Of a stretch of DNA of 64,000 bases, positions 32,210 to 42,000 are shown piece after piece. Numbering within the stretch: the first letter of the stretch is position 1; every line of letters begins with the position of its first letter. Both the position numbers and the translations under genes were made by a program. This stretch comes from Candidatus Bathyarchaeota archaeon (GTDB lineage Archaea; Thermoproteota; Bathyarchaeia; Bathyarchaeales; Bathycorpusculaceae): contig CAWEPZ010000013.1 in the NCBI GenBank assembly GCA_963811105.1, forward strand, positions 32,001-96,000, read 5' to 3'. A model generated the notes under the pieces. That model was not told where the DNA came from and ran no database searches. It saw only the letters and a list, made by a program, of their open reading frames with translations.

Positions 32210-33028
32210 TTAGACAGGTATCCTTGATCCGTCAAAGCCAATCTTAGAAATTCCTAACTCATCCTTAACTTCCCGAAGCTGTGCAGCGGTGAAAACTGGG
32301 CCATCTCTACAAACGCGGTATTTGCCAATTACACAGCTTCCACACAAGCCAATGCCGCACCGCATCAGCCGCTCCAAGCTTGCTTCTATCGGCAATTTGC
32401 GTTTTTCTGTTAGTTCAAAAACTTTCTTTACCATGACTTCTGGACCGCAAGCGTAGATCATGTCGAATTTTTCTTTATCCAACAGACTACTTAGTGGCTC
32501 TGTTACCATGCATTGCAAACCGTATGTGCCGTCATCTGTTGTCGTTATTAGGTTTTTTTCGTTACATATCCCATTTAGTTCCTTGACAAACAGTAGTTCA
32601 TCTTTGGTTTTGGCGCCCTCCACAAAAGATAATCGTTCAGTTTTAGCTGAAAGTTTCTTTGCCAAAAACAGCAATGGCGCTGTTCCCGTTCCTCCGCTGA
32701 CTAGCAGGACTCTGCCTCTGCTTTCTGTGAAGCTGTTACCGAAAGGCCCACGCACGCCAACGGTTGCGCCTGGTTCTAAACTGTGCAGATGCCTTGTTGC
32801 ATCGCCAACCTGTTTGACGGAGACAGAAACCAAGCCTGTCGCAGTGTCCATTATGCTTAATGGAATTTCGTCTATGCCTGGTATCCAAAGCATTAAGAAT
32901 TGCCCTGGCTTGGCTTTCGAGCATAACCTATCGGGTAAAATGAATGTCTTAACGGTCGGGCTCTCCGTTCGAACCTGTACAATTTCCATCGTTCTAATTG
33001 TGTTAACTGCGGTGAGCGAGGTTGACAA
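32210..33028 (-). CDS. pyrK: Dihydroorotate dehydrogenase electron transfer subunit
   Basis: PGQFLMLW, RGPFGN, GGTGTAP, ACGPE, ERLMRCGIGLCGSC...VCRDGPVF. Confidence 0.95.
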   Translation of the reverse strand: MSTSLTAVNTIRTMEIVQVRTESPTVKTFILPDRLCSKAKPGQFLMLWIPGIDEIPLSIMDTATGLVSVSVKQVGDATRHLHSLEPGATVGVRGPFGNSFTESRGRVLLVSGGTGTAPLLFLAKKLSAKTERLSFVEGAKTKDELLFVKELNGICNEKNLITTTDDGTYGLQCMVTEPLSSLLDKEKFDMIYACGPEVMVKKVFELTEKRKLPIEASLERLMRCGIGLCGSCVIGKYRVCRDGPVFTAAQLREVKDELGISKIGFDGSRIPV

Positions 33029-33938
33029 TTTCTTTCACACTCCCATAATGTTTCTTTCTCAAATAAGATTCCACTCCCTTAGTGATTGTTTGGAAAACCT
33101 CTGTGTCCTCCAAAGCGACGGCAGTGCCAATTTGAACTGCTGAAGCACCAGCTAAGAAAAACTCAACAGCATCCCGCCAATCCATTATTCCGCCACAGCC
33201 AATTATTGGAATGTCAGGCAATTCCTCCCGAACATCAAATACGCAGCGCAAGGCTACAGGCTTAATTGCTGGACCTGATAAGCCGCCTTTTATGTTGCTT
33301 AAGATCGGACGCGTTGTTTCCGAGTCAATTGCCATTGCTTTAAGAGTGTTCGCTACCGTTAAAACGTCTGCTCCTGCTTTAGCTGCTGCTTTTGCTGTGA
33401 GGGCTATGTCAGAGACGTTTGGTGACAACTTTACAATTAAGGGCCTTCCAATCGTAGCCTTCACTTTTTCAACTACTTCCTCAAGAAGTTTGGGGTTTTG
33501 GCCGATTTCGGCGCCAGTAAACTGGACATGCGGACAGGAAACATTTAGTTCCACAGCATCTGCGCCTGCATTAACCGCTTTTTCGGCAACGGTGGCATAT
33601 TCGTCAGGGGAGTAACCAAATACGCTAACAAAAAGGGGTACTTTTAGAATTGTTTTGCAGTATTTTATTTCTTGAACATAAGAATCAATGCCAGGGTTCG
33701 GCAAGCCCAAAGCGTTAATTAATCCCGCCTCTGCCTGCACAACTGTTGGGTTCGGATAACCCACTCTGGGTTCTATACCGATGGATTTTGAAACCACAGC
33801 ACCTGCACCGCCCTTAACTACGCGGTTTAAGGATTCAGCTGAGTAACCCAAGATTCCAGAGGCCAGAATAGTTGGGTTTTCCAGTTCCAAACCGGCTAAA
33901 CTTATGCTTAACGGATTGCTTTCCAATTGTTTTCTCAC
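33003..33938 (-). CDS. pyrD: Dihydroorotate dehydrogenase family 1B catalytic subunit
   Basis: NPTILASG, KS, NALGLPNPG, ELNVSCPH, VKLSPN, NTL, GGLSGPAIKP, VQIGTA. Confidence 0.96.
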   Translation of the reverse strand: MRKQLESNPLSISLAGLELENPTILASGILGYSAESLNRVVKGGAGAVVSKSIGIEPRVGYPNPTVVQAEAGLINALGLPNPGIDSYVQEIKYCKTILKVPLFVSVFGYSPDEYATVAEKAVNAGADAVELNVSCPHVQFTGAEIGQNPKLLEEVVEKVKATIGRPLIVKLSPNVSDIALTAKAAAKAGADVLTVANTLKAMAIDSETTRPILSNIKGGLSGPAIKPVALRCVFDVREELPDIPIIGCGGIMDWRDAVEFFLAGASAVQIGTAVALEDTEVFQTITKGVESYLRKKHYGSVKEIVNLAHRS

Positions 33939-34105
33939 CGTTCAATCTAGTTATTTACTTTTAAAGAGATAAAGTTTCTTTCCGAGAAAAATTAATCTGG
34001 CAAAAACCAATTTAGAATTAGGATACAGTGCTTCTTTAATGTTTACTTTCAATGTTGAAACTATGGCTTATTTATAAAAAGAAAAATTAGGGTTAAGATA
34101 GAGAC

Positions 34106-34165
34106 TTAAAAGAGTTTATTTCTTCTTTTACCATTTTTCTCTTCCTTTTTTGGAGCCTTAGCCAC
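34106..34165 (-). CDS. Putative 19-aa lysine-rich microprotein (MAKAPKKEEKNGKRRNKLF)
   Basis: GTG start with GAGGT RBS 7 nt upstream in an otherwise empty intergenic region. Confidence 0.35.
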   Translation of the reverse strand: MAKAPKKEEKNGKRRNKLF

Positions 34166-34598
34166 TCTATTAACCTCAAATCTACAATTCGCTTCAATTT
34201 ATAATTAAAATTTGCTAAAAGCTAAATACTCTGTCGCTACCAGTAAAATAGCCTAATTATATGCGCTATAATCAAAACAATCTCTAAAATAGGCGATTAA
34301 TTAAATCGCTCCAACATGATTTCTCAGCCTGTCACATTTTACATTTATATCTCAAAATCAAGGACTTGTTTGCGCTATTCAGGAAAGTCTTTTATAGCCG
34401 ACCGATGTAAAAAATTACACAGCCTTGAAAAATTATTCAAAACCAATATGAAGGCGCCAAGTTGAGCCACCTAAAGATAGAGCAAGAGCAAACAGTTAAG
34501 GCAACCAACCACAAGTTTAATATTCAAATCACGTTTTTTCCAATAAAAAACAGAAAACGACTACTCATAGAGGTTTAGAACTAACGAGGTAATGGTTA

Positions 34599-35363
34599 GT
34601 GAAAGATGTCCAGAATGAAAAGCCGGAAAACGAGATTGAATTAAACAAAGTCGGCGTGGAAGGTTTAAGAAAATACGTTATAGTTAAAAGTCCAACACAG
34701 AACTATCACACAATTGTCACAATCAACAGTTACATAAAACTGCCATCCAATCTTCGCGGGGTACACATGAGCAGATTTGCTGAATCTATCGATGAGATTC
34801 CCGAAGAAACATCTTCAATTGAAGACCTTGCAGAAAAAATCTCTAAAAACTCCCTCGCAAAACATCATTTCGACTGTTGCACTAAAGTGTTCTGCGAAGT
34901 CCCATTTGAAAGAACTCGACCAAATGGCGAAAAAGAAAATGGAATAGCCGAAATAGTTGCAAAATACTCAACTCAATCGAAAAGAAAAATGCTCGGCGTT
35001 TCGATTAATGGGGCGCTCGCCTGTCCGTGTTCAAAAGAAATGTGTGATGGTTTGACGCATAATCAACGAGGCAATTTGAGCGTTGAGATTGATGTTTCCA
35101 AAGATAATATCGTTGTCTCAGATTTAATTGGTGTATGCAGTGAAAGTTTTAGCTCCCCAACATTTTCGATTTTGAAGAGACCTGAGGAGAAGAAACTAGT
35201 TGAGCAGATGCATAGAAATGCAAGGTTCGTTGAAGATGTTGTAAGAAAATGCGTCCAGTCTCTGAGACAAAAGTATCCTCAAAGATACTGCACCGTTAAA
35301 TGCGCAAGTTTTGAGTCAATCCATGACCACAATGCTTATTCTGAGTGGCGAGGAACCCTTTAG
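34599..35363 (+). CDS. folE2: GTP cyclohydrolase, FolE2/MptA family
   Basis: KDVQ, RGVHMSRF, ACPCS, THNQRG, ILKRPEEK, FVEDVVR, ESIHDHNA. Confidence 0.9.
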   Translation: MKDVQNEKPENEIELNKVGVEGLRKYVIVKSPTQNYHTIVTINSYIKLPSNLRGVHMSRFAESIDEIPEETSSIEDLAEKISKNSLAKHHFDCCTKVFCEVPFERTRPNGEKENGIAEIVAKYSTQSKRKMLGVSINGALACPCSKEMCDGLTHNQRGNLSVEIDVSKDNIVVSDLIGVCSESFSSPTFSILKRPEEKKLVEQMHRNARFVEDVVRKCVQSLRQKYPQRYCTVKCASFESIHDHNAYSEWRGTL

Positions 35364-35379
35364 ACGGGAAATAGCATAA

Positions 35380-35739
35380 ATGTACAGGTTAAGAGTTAAA
35401 TCTGAATTCGATGCAGCACATAAAATTGAGGGTTACCAAGGAAAATGTTCTCAATTGCACGGGCACACATATAAAATCGAGGTTTTCGTGCTTGCAAAAC
35501 AGTTAGATTCAATCGGCATCTCAATTGACTTAAGACTGCTCAAAGAAGAATTAGCCAAAATAACTAAACAGTTTGACCACAGCTTCCTAAATGACTTCAA
35601 GGAGATAGGCAATCCATCTACCGAGAACATTTCGCGTTACATCTTTCAAAAACTTAAAAGTAGTCTGCCAAATGGAGTGGCATTGGAGAAGGTACGGGTG
35701 TGGGAAACGTCGAAAAGCTGGATTGAATACTTTGAATGA
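35380..35739 (+). CDS. queD: 6-carboxytetrahydropterin synthase (PTPS family)
   Basis: FDAAH, CSQLHGHTY, FDHSFLND, NPSTENI, VWET. Confidence 0.9.
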   Translation: MYRLRVKSEFDAAHKIEGYQGKCSQLHGHTYKIEVFVLAKQLDSIGISIDLRLLKEELAKITKQFDHSFLNDFKEIGNPSTENISRYIFQKLKSSLPNGVALEKVRVWETSKSWIEYFE

Positions 35740-36088
35740 CAAAGTTTTCATTAAAAACTTGGTTTTAGCTTGCAACATCGGTGTCTCAGAAGAGGAGCGA
35801 GCAAAAAAACAAAACGTTATCGTAGACATCGAAATACGCTGCGACCTAAGCCAAGCTGGAATCACCGGCGACATAGTCAAAACAATAAATTATTATGAGA
35901 TTAAAGAAAAAGTATCAGCTGGGGTTACGAACGACGAATTCAAACTTTTAGAAACCCTTGCAGAAACCGTTTCGTCGCTCGTCCTCGAAGACCCTATGGC
36001 TTCTTCTGTAACTGTTGCAGTTAAGAAAGGGAAATATGCAGAAAACCCCGTTTTGGGAATTGAGATTACAAGGGACCGAAATGGTTGA
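35732..36088 (+). CDS. folB: Dihydroneopterin aldolase, bacterial type
   Basis: DKVFIKNL, IGVSEEERAKKQ, TINY, FKLLETLAE, VAVKK; TTG start overlaps the queD stop. Confidence 0.88.
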   Translation: MNDKVFIKNLVLACNIGVSEEERAKKQNVIVDIEIRCDLSQAGITGDIVKTINYYEIKEKVSAGVTNDEFKLLETLAETVSSLVLEDPMASSVTVAVKKGKYAENPVLGIEITRDRNG

Positions 36089-36572
36089 GGCGTATATTGC
36101 TTTAGGTTCAAATGTAGGAGACAGAGAATCCAACATTAAGAGAGCAATGGATCTTTTAAAAGAAAAAACCAAGTTAATCAGCTGTTCTTCGCTGTATGAA
36201 ACTAGGCCTATGTACATGGAAGAGCAAGGATGGTTTCTTAATGCCGCCACTGAGATAGAGACAGACTTTACAGCCCAACAGCTTCTTGACTTCCTAAAAG
36301 AAATAGAGAAAACATTAGGGCGCAAGCCTGTTGAACGAAATGGGCCTAGAATCATTGATTTGGACATTCTCTTTTACGGCGACCAAATTCTAAAACAGAA
36401 CGGCCTGCAGATACCTCACCCTAAGATGGCGGAAAGAGCATTTGTTCTTGTACCTTTGGTTGAAATTGCACCAACTCACGTTCACCCAGTCCAACACAAA
36501 ACCATCTCCCGGCTGCTTTCAGAGTTGAATTATAGCAAAGCAGAAATAAAGATCAAAAAATTGACCCTATAG
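36081..36572 (+). CDS. folK: 6-hydroxymethyl-7,8-dihydropterin pyrophosphokinase, bacterial type
   Basis: AYIALGSNVGDR, SSLYET.P, GPRIIDLDIL, IPHP...RAFVLVPL. Confidence 0.93.
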   Translation: MVEAYIALGSNVGDRESNIKRAMDLLKEKTKLISCSSLYETRPMYMEEQGWFLNAATEIETDFTAQQLLDFLKEIEKTLGRKPVERNGPRIIDLDILFYGDQILKQNGLQIPHPKMAERAFVLVPLVEIAPTHVHPVQHKTISRLLSELNYSKAEIKIKKLTL

Positions 36573-36587
36573 TCGGATTGAAAACAA

Positions 36588-37544
36588 ATGAAAGTTTACG
36601 TTAAAACTCCTGCTAGACTGCATATGGGACTTATCGATTTGAACGGTGACTTAGGCAGAATTTTCGGAGGCCTAGGTGCGGCTATTGACTATCCAAACGT
36701 AATTCTGGAAACCCAAAAGTCTAAAACACTAAATGTAACTGGCGAAAAGATTGAATTAACTCAGTGCCTCGCCGCAAGATTTTTGCAAGCAACAGGATTA
36801 AAGGAAAAGGTTGCAATTGATGTTAAACAGATAATTCCTGACCATATTGGTCTCGGCTCTGGAACGCAATTAGCTTTGGCTGTGGCTACTTCAATTTCCC
36901 GATTATATGAGGTAGACGCTTCGACCTATGAATTAGCCGCTTACACGGGTAGAACAGCTCAGTCAGGCGTAGGCACAGCAGTATTTGCGAAAGGTGGGCT
37001 AGTTGTGGAAGCAGGAAAGAACACTCGGGATCCAACCCAAAAAATTATACCGGTTATTTGTCGCCAGCCCTTCCCCGATGAATGGCGCTTTGTTGTCGCA
37101 ATCCCCAAAGCAAAGAAGGGGCTAGCCAACGAAGCGGAATCTTCAGCATTTAAGAAGCTTCCATCGATGCCATCTCAAGAGGTTGGAAAAATCTGCCGAT
37201 TAATCATAATGAAGCTTCTTCCCTCCATGGCAGAAAAAAATATCAAAAATTTTGGAGAAGCCTTGACTCAAATACAGCACATTGTCGGAGACAGTTTTAG
37301 TCAAGCACAAGGCGGTCGATATTCAAGTTCACAAGGGAAGAAATGTATCGAGTTCATACTTGGAAATGGGGCTTATGGAGCAGGGCAAAGTTCGTGGGGA
37401 CCTACAGTTTATGGAGTAGTTAAGAGCAACGAGGCTGAAGAAGTTCAAACGAAAACCCGAGCCTTTCTTGATAGAAGTATTGGTGGAGAGGTTTTTGTTG
37501 CCAAAGCTGACAACCGAGGAGCAATTGTAAAAATCATCAAATAG
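36588..37544 (+). CDS. mptG: Beta-ribofuranosylaminobenzene 5'-phosphate (RFA-P) synthase family, GHMP fold
   Basis: TPARLHMGLIDL.G..GR.FGGLG, PDHIGLGSGTQL, SGVG, GQSSWGP. Confidence 0.85.
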   Translation: MKVYVKTPARLHMGLIDLNGDLGRIFGGLGAAIDYPNVILETQKSKTLNVTGEKIELTQCLAARFLQATGLKEKVAIDVKQIIPDHIGLGSGTQLALAVATSISRLYEVDASTYELAAYTGRTAQSGVGTAVFAKGGLVVEAGKNTRDPTQKIIPVICRQPFPDEWRFVVAIPKAKKGLANEAESSAFKKLPSMPSQEVGKICRLIIMKLLPSMAEKNIKNFGEALTQIQHIVGDSFSQAQGGRYSSSQGKKCIEFILGNGAYGAGQSSWGPTVYGVVKSNEAEEVQTKTRAFLDRSIGGEVFVAKADNRGAIVKIIK

Positions 37545-37664
37545 CCTAAAACAAACCAAGCTTTTGACTAATTTGATAATTTGATAGCGCTTGGATTGAA
37601 CAGGTATAAAATAAAACGAAAAACTTATAATTCCGCGTACGGCTTGACCGATGCAGTGAATAAA

Positions 37665-38627
37665 ATGCCAGAAATTAACAAAGTTACAGTTAATGCGCCA
37701 GCTCATCTACACACCGGAAATTTTGATATGACTGGAGACCTTGGAAGACTTTATGGCACAGTAGGTTTTGCAGTTGACAGAATTCTGGAAATTGAAGTAA
37801 CTAAATCTGACGAGGTCAAAGCAGAAGATGAGGCTGCATTTCTCTTCACCAGCCGTTTTATAGACGCTTTCAACTTAGCAGGTGCGGAGGTTAAGGTTAA
37901 GAAGAGTATTCCAAAATTTGTCGGAATGGGCTACCACACAACGTTAGCTCTCTCAATAGGTACCGCATTGGCCAGGTTGTATCATTTGGATTTGACTACT
38001 GAAAAAATTGCTCTAACGATGAAGAGAGGCGCAATAACAAGCCTGGGCGTCCATGCATTTAAGGTGGGTGGGTTTATAGTGGAAGGGGGCTTTAGAGTTG
38101 AGGAAAGAGAAAAGATGATCCCTCCATTGATTTTCCATCAGACGGTCCCAAATAATTGGCTTTTCGTTATTGCGATAGCTAAAGAGCCAACTGAAAAAAT
38201 AGTTAAAATGAGGGAAAAAGAGGACTATATTCTTCGAAACCTCAAGTTGATGCCAAGAGAAACTTCTAATATGCTCTCAAGAATCGTTTTAGTTAAGATT
38301 ATTCCGTCAATTGTTGAAAATGACCTTAAATCCTTCGGCGAAGGATTAACTGCCTTCAATTCCGAATTGGGCAAGTTCTGGAATGAATACCAATGCGGCA
38401 GAACCTACTGTCACCCCGTAGTTGAAGAAGGGATAAAACTGATGTTACGCAGAAGCACATGTGCCTGCCAAACCTCGTGGGGACCAACATTTTACGGTAT
38501 AGTTGACGGGAAAAATGAAGCTGAAGGTTTAACCAAGGAACTAAAGGAATATTTGGCGAAGAATGGCGGAGGAGAGGTCTTCTATACCAAAGCCAACAAC
38601 TCTGGCGCGTCTATCAAGGAGATATGA
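37665..38627 (+). CDS. Second, divergent RFA-P synthase family paralog
   Basis: APAHLHTGNFD..GDLGRLYG, PKFVGMGYHTTL (altered GHMP loop), GGFIVEGG, QTSWGP. Confidence 0.8.
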   Translation: MPEINKVTVNAPAHLHTGNFDMTGDLGRLYGTVGFAVDRILEIEVTKSDEVKAEDEAAFLFTSRFIDAFNLAGAEVKVKKSIPKFVGMGYHTTLALSIGTALARLYHLDLTTEKIALTMKRGAITSLGVHAFKVGGFIVEGGFRVEEREKMIPPLIFHQTVPNNWLFVIAIAKEPTEKIVKMREKEDYILRNLKLMPRETSNMLSRIVLVKIIPSIVENDLKSFGEGLTAFNSELGKFWNEYQCGRTYCHPVVEEGIKLMLRRSTCACQTSWGPTFYGIVDGKNEAEGLTKELKEYLAKNGGGEVFYTKANNSGASIKEI

Positions 38628-38630
38628 TTC

Positions 38631-39782
38631 TTGGTCAAAGCAATTGGAATTGACTCTGGAACAAAAACCATGGATATTTTTGGTTTCGACGATCAAGATG
38701 GAAGCGTCATAATTGATGTAGCTATTCCAAGAGATGAAATAACAAGAAGTGCTAGACTTGTAGTAGAAAAATTAAGAGAATGCCAAGATCGCGTTGGAAA
38801 AATAGATGCTATTGTCGCGTCATCTGGTTATGGAATGCAACTTAAAAAAGCAAAGGACGCTACCGATGAGGATATTGCCACTGCAACATTTGTAACGAAA
38901 GCTGACATAAAGAGAAGATTGAGAATCATTGGCTTGAGAGAACTTATGCAGCTGCTTAGAGAGGCTGAAGATTTGAACGCTTGGTTCACACAGGGCGTCA
39001 TTCACTTAAGCAGTGTCCCAAAATACAGGAAAGCTAACAAAATTGACATGGGAACATCAGATAAAGTTTACAGCGTTGTTTTAGCAGTAAAGGATCAAGC
39101 TGAAAGACTAAGAATTCCGTATGATAAAACAGCATTCATTCTTGTTGAAGTTGGCTTTGCATATACAGCGGCAATTGCCGTCAAAAACGGGCAAATAGTC
39201 GATGCAATGGCAGGCACTGCTGGGTTTCCATCATTTCTTGGAATGGGTTTTCTTGATTCAGAAGTTGCTTACGCTGTAGCAAATAGTGTTGACGACTTTT
39301 CAAAATCGCTGCTTTTCGCAGGAGGAGCAGCATCCGTTGGAAAAATTGATCCATCTAAACCTTTGGAGGAATTCATAAAAAATGTAAAGGCAAACCCTCA
39401 AGCTAGAGAAGCCTACGATATGATGATGGAATCAATAATCAAAGATGTAGCCGCTCTTCTACCTGTTGTTAAACCTAAAGAAGTGATTATTAGCGGAAGA
39501 TTCGCTAAAATACCTGAGTTCTTATCGGCGGTAGAAAGCGGGCTCTTAGAGTTCTTCAGAGAAACTTGCTTAAAAGTGGATATAAGTGTACTTGGAGGAA
39601 CGGCAAAGGTTGGTAAACAAGCCGCAGAAGGCGCAGCGATATTTGCGAATGGGCTAGCTGGCGGAAAACACAAACAACTAATTGATGCTATGAAGCTTGG
39701 AGAGAGTGAAGGAACGGTTTTTAGCAACCTTTATCTTGGCAAAGATGTTGCTGAAGGCTTGAACCAATTCAAAAAGCTGTAA
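38631..39782 (+). CDS. DUF1464 family protein (ASKHA, acetate/butyrate-kinase-related)
   Basis: IGIDSGTKTMD, SSGYG, RKANKIDMGTSDK, ILVEVGFAYT, GQIVD, VIISGR, KQAAEGAA..ANGLAGG. Confidence 0.8.
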   Translation: MVKAIGIDSGTKTMDIFGFDDQDGSVIIDVAIPRDEITRSARLVVEKLRECQDRVGKIDAIVASSGYGMQLKKAKDATDEDIATATFVTKADIKRRLRIIGLRELMQLLREAEDLNAWFTQGVIHLSSVPKYRKANKIDMGTSDKVYSVVLAVKDQAERLRIPYDKTAFILVEVGFAYTAAIAVKNGQIVDAMAGTAGFPSFLGMGFLDSEVAYAVANSVDDFSKSLLFAGGAASVGKIDPSKPLEEFIKNVKANPQAREAYDMMMESIIKDVAALLPVVKPKEVIISGRFAKIPEFLSAVESGLLEFFRETCLKVDISVLGGTAKVGKQAAEGAAIFANGLAGGKHKQLIDAMKLGESEGTVFSNLYLGKDVAEGLNQFKKL

Positions 39783-39787
39783 CACAA

Positions 39788-41365
39788 TTATTCTTCAAAC
39801 ATAGCTTTATCTTGAAGATATTCTTTACCGGTTTTCAGAGCGATTTGTGCTTTTGTTAATTCACTTCCTAAGTAAGCTGCATGGTCAAACTTTGAAATTA
39901 AGCCTAACCCAATAACCTTTTTGTAGATGACATCTGCAGTTTTGCCTTTGACAACCAGATCAGGTATCTCTTGATTTGTTTGAGAGAGATGAAGAGCCAT
40001 AATGTTTTGGCTTTGCCTATCGACAATAATTCTAAAAGAGCCTTGTTTATCTATATCGCATGCTTTTCCGTTTTTATTAGCAAGCAACAGAGGCGTGTTT
40101 TTCTCTATCTCAAGGTTGTAGGGTTCTTCCCTTTTCCGCTTATCTTTTAACACCAGTAGGTTTATTCCAAGATCCTTAGGGACCGACCTTCTTTTTTTGG
40201 CTAAGAACATCATCTTTGCCGCGGTACTTTCTTCTTTGATGGTTCCTTGTGCTTTGTCACTCTTCTCAGTTGCTAGCAACATGCTCGCGCTAACTTCTGA
40301 GGACAGTTTTGCAAGGATAGCGTTTACGCCGATTGAATCTGCATCAATTAACTCTGTGACATTTGAGATGCCTACAAACAATGGAACACTGGGGTTTCTC
40401 TCAGCAAATAGACGAAACGCAATAAAAGACTCCAATATGTCTAAGGGATCAAGGATTAAATCACCTAAAACGTTGATTACACCTGCATTCTTGGCTTTAG
40501 CTATGACGTCTTCGAGAAATTGCACACGTTCAGCAGCTTTCTTTGGAAAGTAACCTTCCTGCTGGTTTGTTGGTATAGCTACAACTGCAACATTTTTTAT
40601 GAAAGGTGCTATTGATTCGATATTTCCTGCATCAGCGCTAAGCACTAAATCAGCACCTGCAGAAACCGCTGCCTTAATTTCTTCAGGGTTAAGGGAGTCT
40701 ATGCTAACCGGGATATCTACAGCGGCTTTCACGGCAGTGATAACACGTTTGGCATCTTGGGGTCTGCTTTCGCATGCAAGCATGCCAACGTCTATAATAT
40801 CTGCTCCAGCTTCGACGTAGTCCTTCGCCAAGCGCTTAATTTCTTCATCTGATTTTAAGGCTGCATCAACAATTTCACCCATAACACGCATTGGAAAATC
40901 TTTGCCGACAGCCAAATTCTTAATCATAATGTTACCTGGATTTCTCAAGAAAGCTTCTCGGTTGGTTTCGACTTTTGCTATTTCAGCTATGGCTTTTTGC
41001 AAAAGCTTTTCCCTAAGCAAGTCGTCGGCAGGAACAACAGTTGAAAGTTTCGTCTCATTTAGTGAATCGAGTAAAATTGGCAAATCAGCAGCGTATTGAG
41101 GTCCCTTGAAGGCAGGAATACCAGTCTCTTTAGAGATAACGGATGTATTACCTCGGATTAGCCCTGGAACAAGGATTAAATCAAAGCTTTTGACCTGAGA
41201 CTGTTTTAGGGCTTGGCTAATTATTTTTGTTGTCAAGAAAGCGGCTACTGGAACTTTCAGGGCTAAAACCTCGGTTTCTACTTTGCTTTCTTTAGCGTAA
41301 CTTTCCACTTCTTGTTTCGCCAGCATTCCAGTTAGTAAAAGTACTTTCATTTTTGCTCCTGCCAA
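39788..41365 (-). CDS. Dihydropteroate synthase-like protein (MJ0107/Orf20 type, with N- and C-terminal DUF domains)
   Basis: KVLLLTGMLA, PVAAFLT, KGPQYAADLP, GEIVDA, GADIIDVG, PVSIDS, NVTELIDADSIGVN, HAAYLGSEL.KA. Confidence 0.85.
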   Translation of the reverse strand: MAGAKMKVLLLTGMLAKQEVESYAKESKVETEVLALKVPVAAFLTTKIISQALKQSQVKSFDLILVPGLIRGNTSVISKETGIPAFKGPQYAADLPILLDSLNETKLSTVVPADDLLREKLLQKAIAEIAKVETNREAFLRNPGNIMIKNLAVGKDFPMRVMGEIVDAALKSDEEIKRLAKDYVEAGADIIDVGMLACESRPQDAKRVITAVKAAVDIPVSIDSLNPEEIKAAVSAGADLVLSADAGNIESIAPFIKNVAVVAIPTNQQEGYFPKKAAERVQFLEDVIAKAKNAGVINVLGDLILDPLDILESFIAFRLFAERNPSVPLFVGISNVTELIDADSIGVNAILAKLSSEVSASMLLATEKSDKAQGTIKEESTAAKMMFLAKKRRSVPKDLGINLLVLKDKRKREEPYNLEIEKNTPLLLANKNGKACDIDKQGSFRIIVDRQSQNIMALHLSQTNQEIPDLVVKGKTADVIYKKVIGLGLISKFDHAAYLGSELTKAQIALKTGKEYLQDKAMFEE

Positions 41366-42000
41366 GAACGGATTCTTTTCATAAGATAATCCATAATCAG
41401 AGAGTAAGAAGAGTTGGGAGCTACTCGATTTACAACGTCATAGCAATCAGCTATTGTTTCCAAGAGTTTGTTAACATTATTCTGCTCCTTGTCATCGTTC
41501 AATAGTGATTTTACCCGTGTGGCATGTATAATGGCCTCAAGGGTCTGGGACATCGCACGATTATGCACTTGAGGATACTGCAGTTTTGCCTCCAAGTGTT
41601 TTACTTTAAGTTTGGCTTTAATTTTTTCGACGCTAACTGACTCGAAATTATTGATCAAAACATCAATTGTTGCATCTGCAAAAATTAGCTTTGGCGCGTT
41701 GACGCTTTTTGATTTTTGAAACCATCCACTAGGCAGCGTGCCATAGAGATTTGTGTCTTTGAAGGTCGTTTTATAATAAGCCTCTATGTCGTTTGTTAAA
41801 TTTACAACCGCACATCCGTTAGTCTTGATGTTTTTGTACGTTATCGAGGATGTAAAAAGGTTAATTGTAAGATTCTGTTCATCCTCCATATATACGCCCA
41901 TTGGTGCCGCGTTGGGTTTTCCATCAAAATTGTATGTGGAAACTATGGTTTCTGCAATTATGCCTTTTGAGAAACCTAAATCACTCAAGTTTGCCATCAA
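41347..42000 (-). CDS. DUF447 family protein (Orf22-like, associated with H4MPT biosynthesis; split-barrel fold)
   Basis: ETIVST...PNAAPMGV, S.TY.NI, VVNLT.D, NRA...LEAIIHATR; overlaps the DHPS-like gene. Confidence 0.82.
   Translation of the reverse strand: MMANLSDLGFSKGIIAETIVSTYNFDGKPNAAPMGVYMEDEQNLTINLFTSSITYKNIKTNGCAVVNLTNDIEAYYKTTFKDTNLYGTLPSGWFQKSKSVNAPKLIFADATIDVLINNFESVSVEKIKAKLKVKHLEAKLQYPQVHNRAMSQTLEAIIHATRVKSLLNDDKEQNNVNKLLETIADCYDVVNRVAPNSSYSLIMDYLMKRIRSWQEQK

Noticed and set aside
32460-33615. Long + strand ORFs over pyrK/pyrD (and similar antisense ORFs elsewhere)
   Set aside because: Antisense shadows of well-supported genes
34565-34590. preQ1 riboswitch upstream of folE2-queD (AGAGGTTTAG)
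   Set aside because: No complementary CCTCT strand and no 3' A-tract; more simply RBS-like sequence
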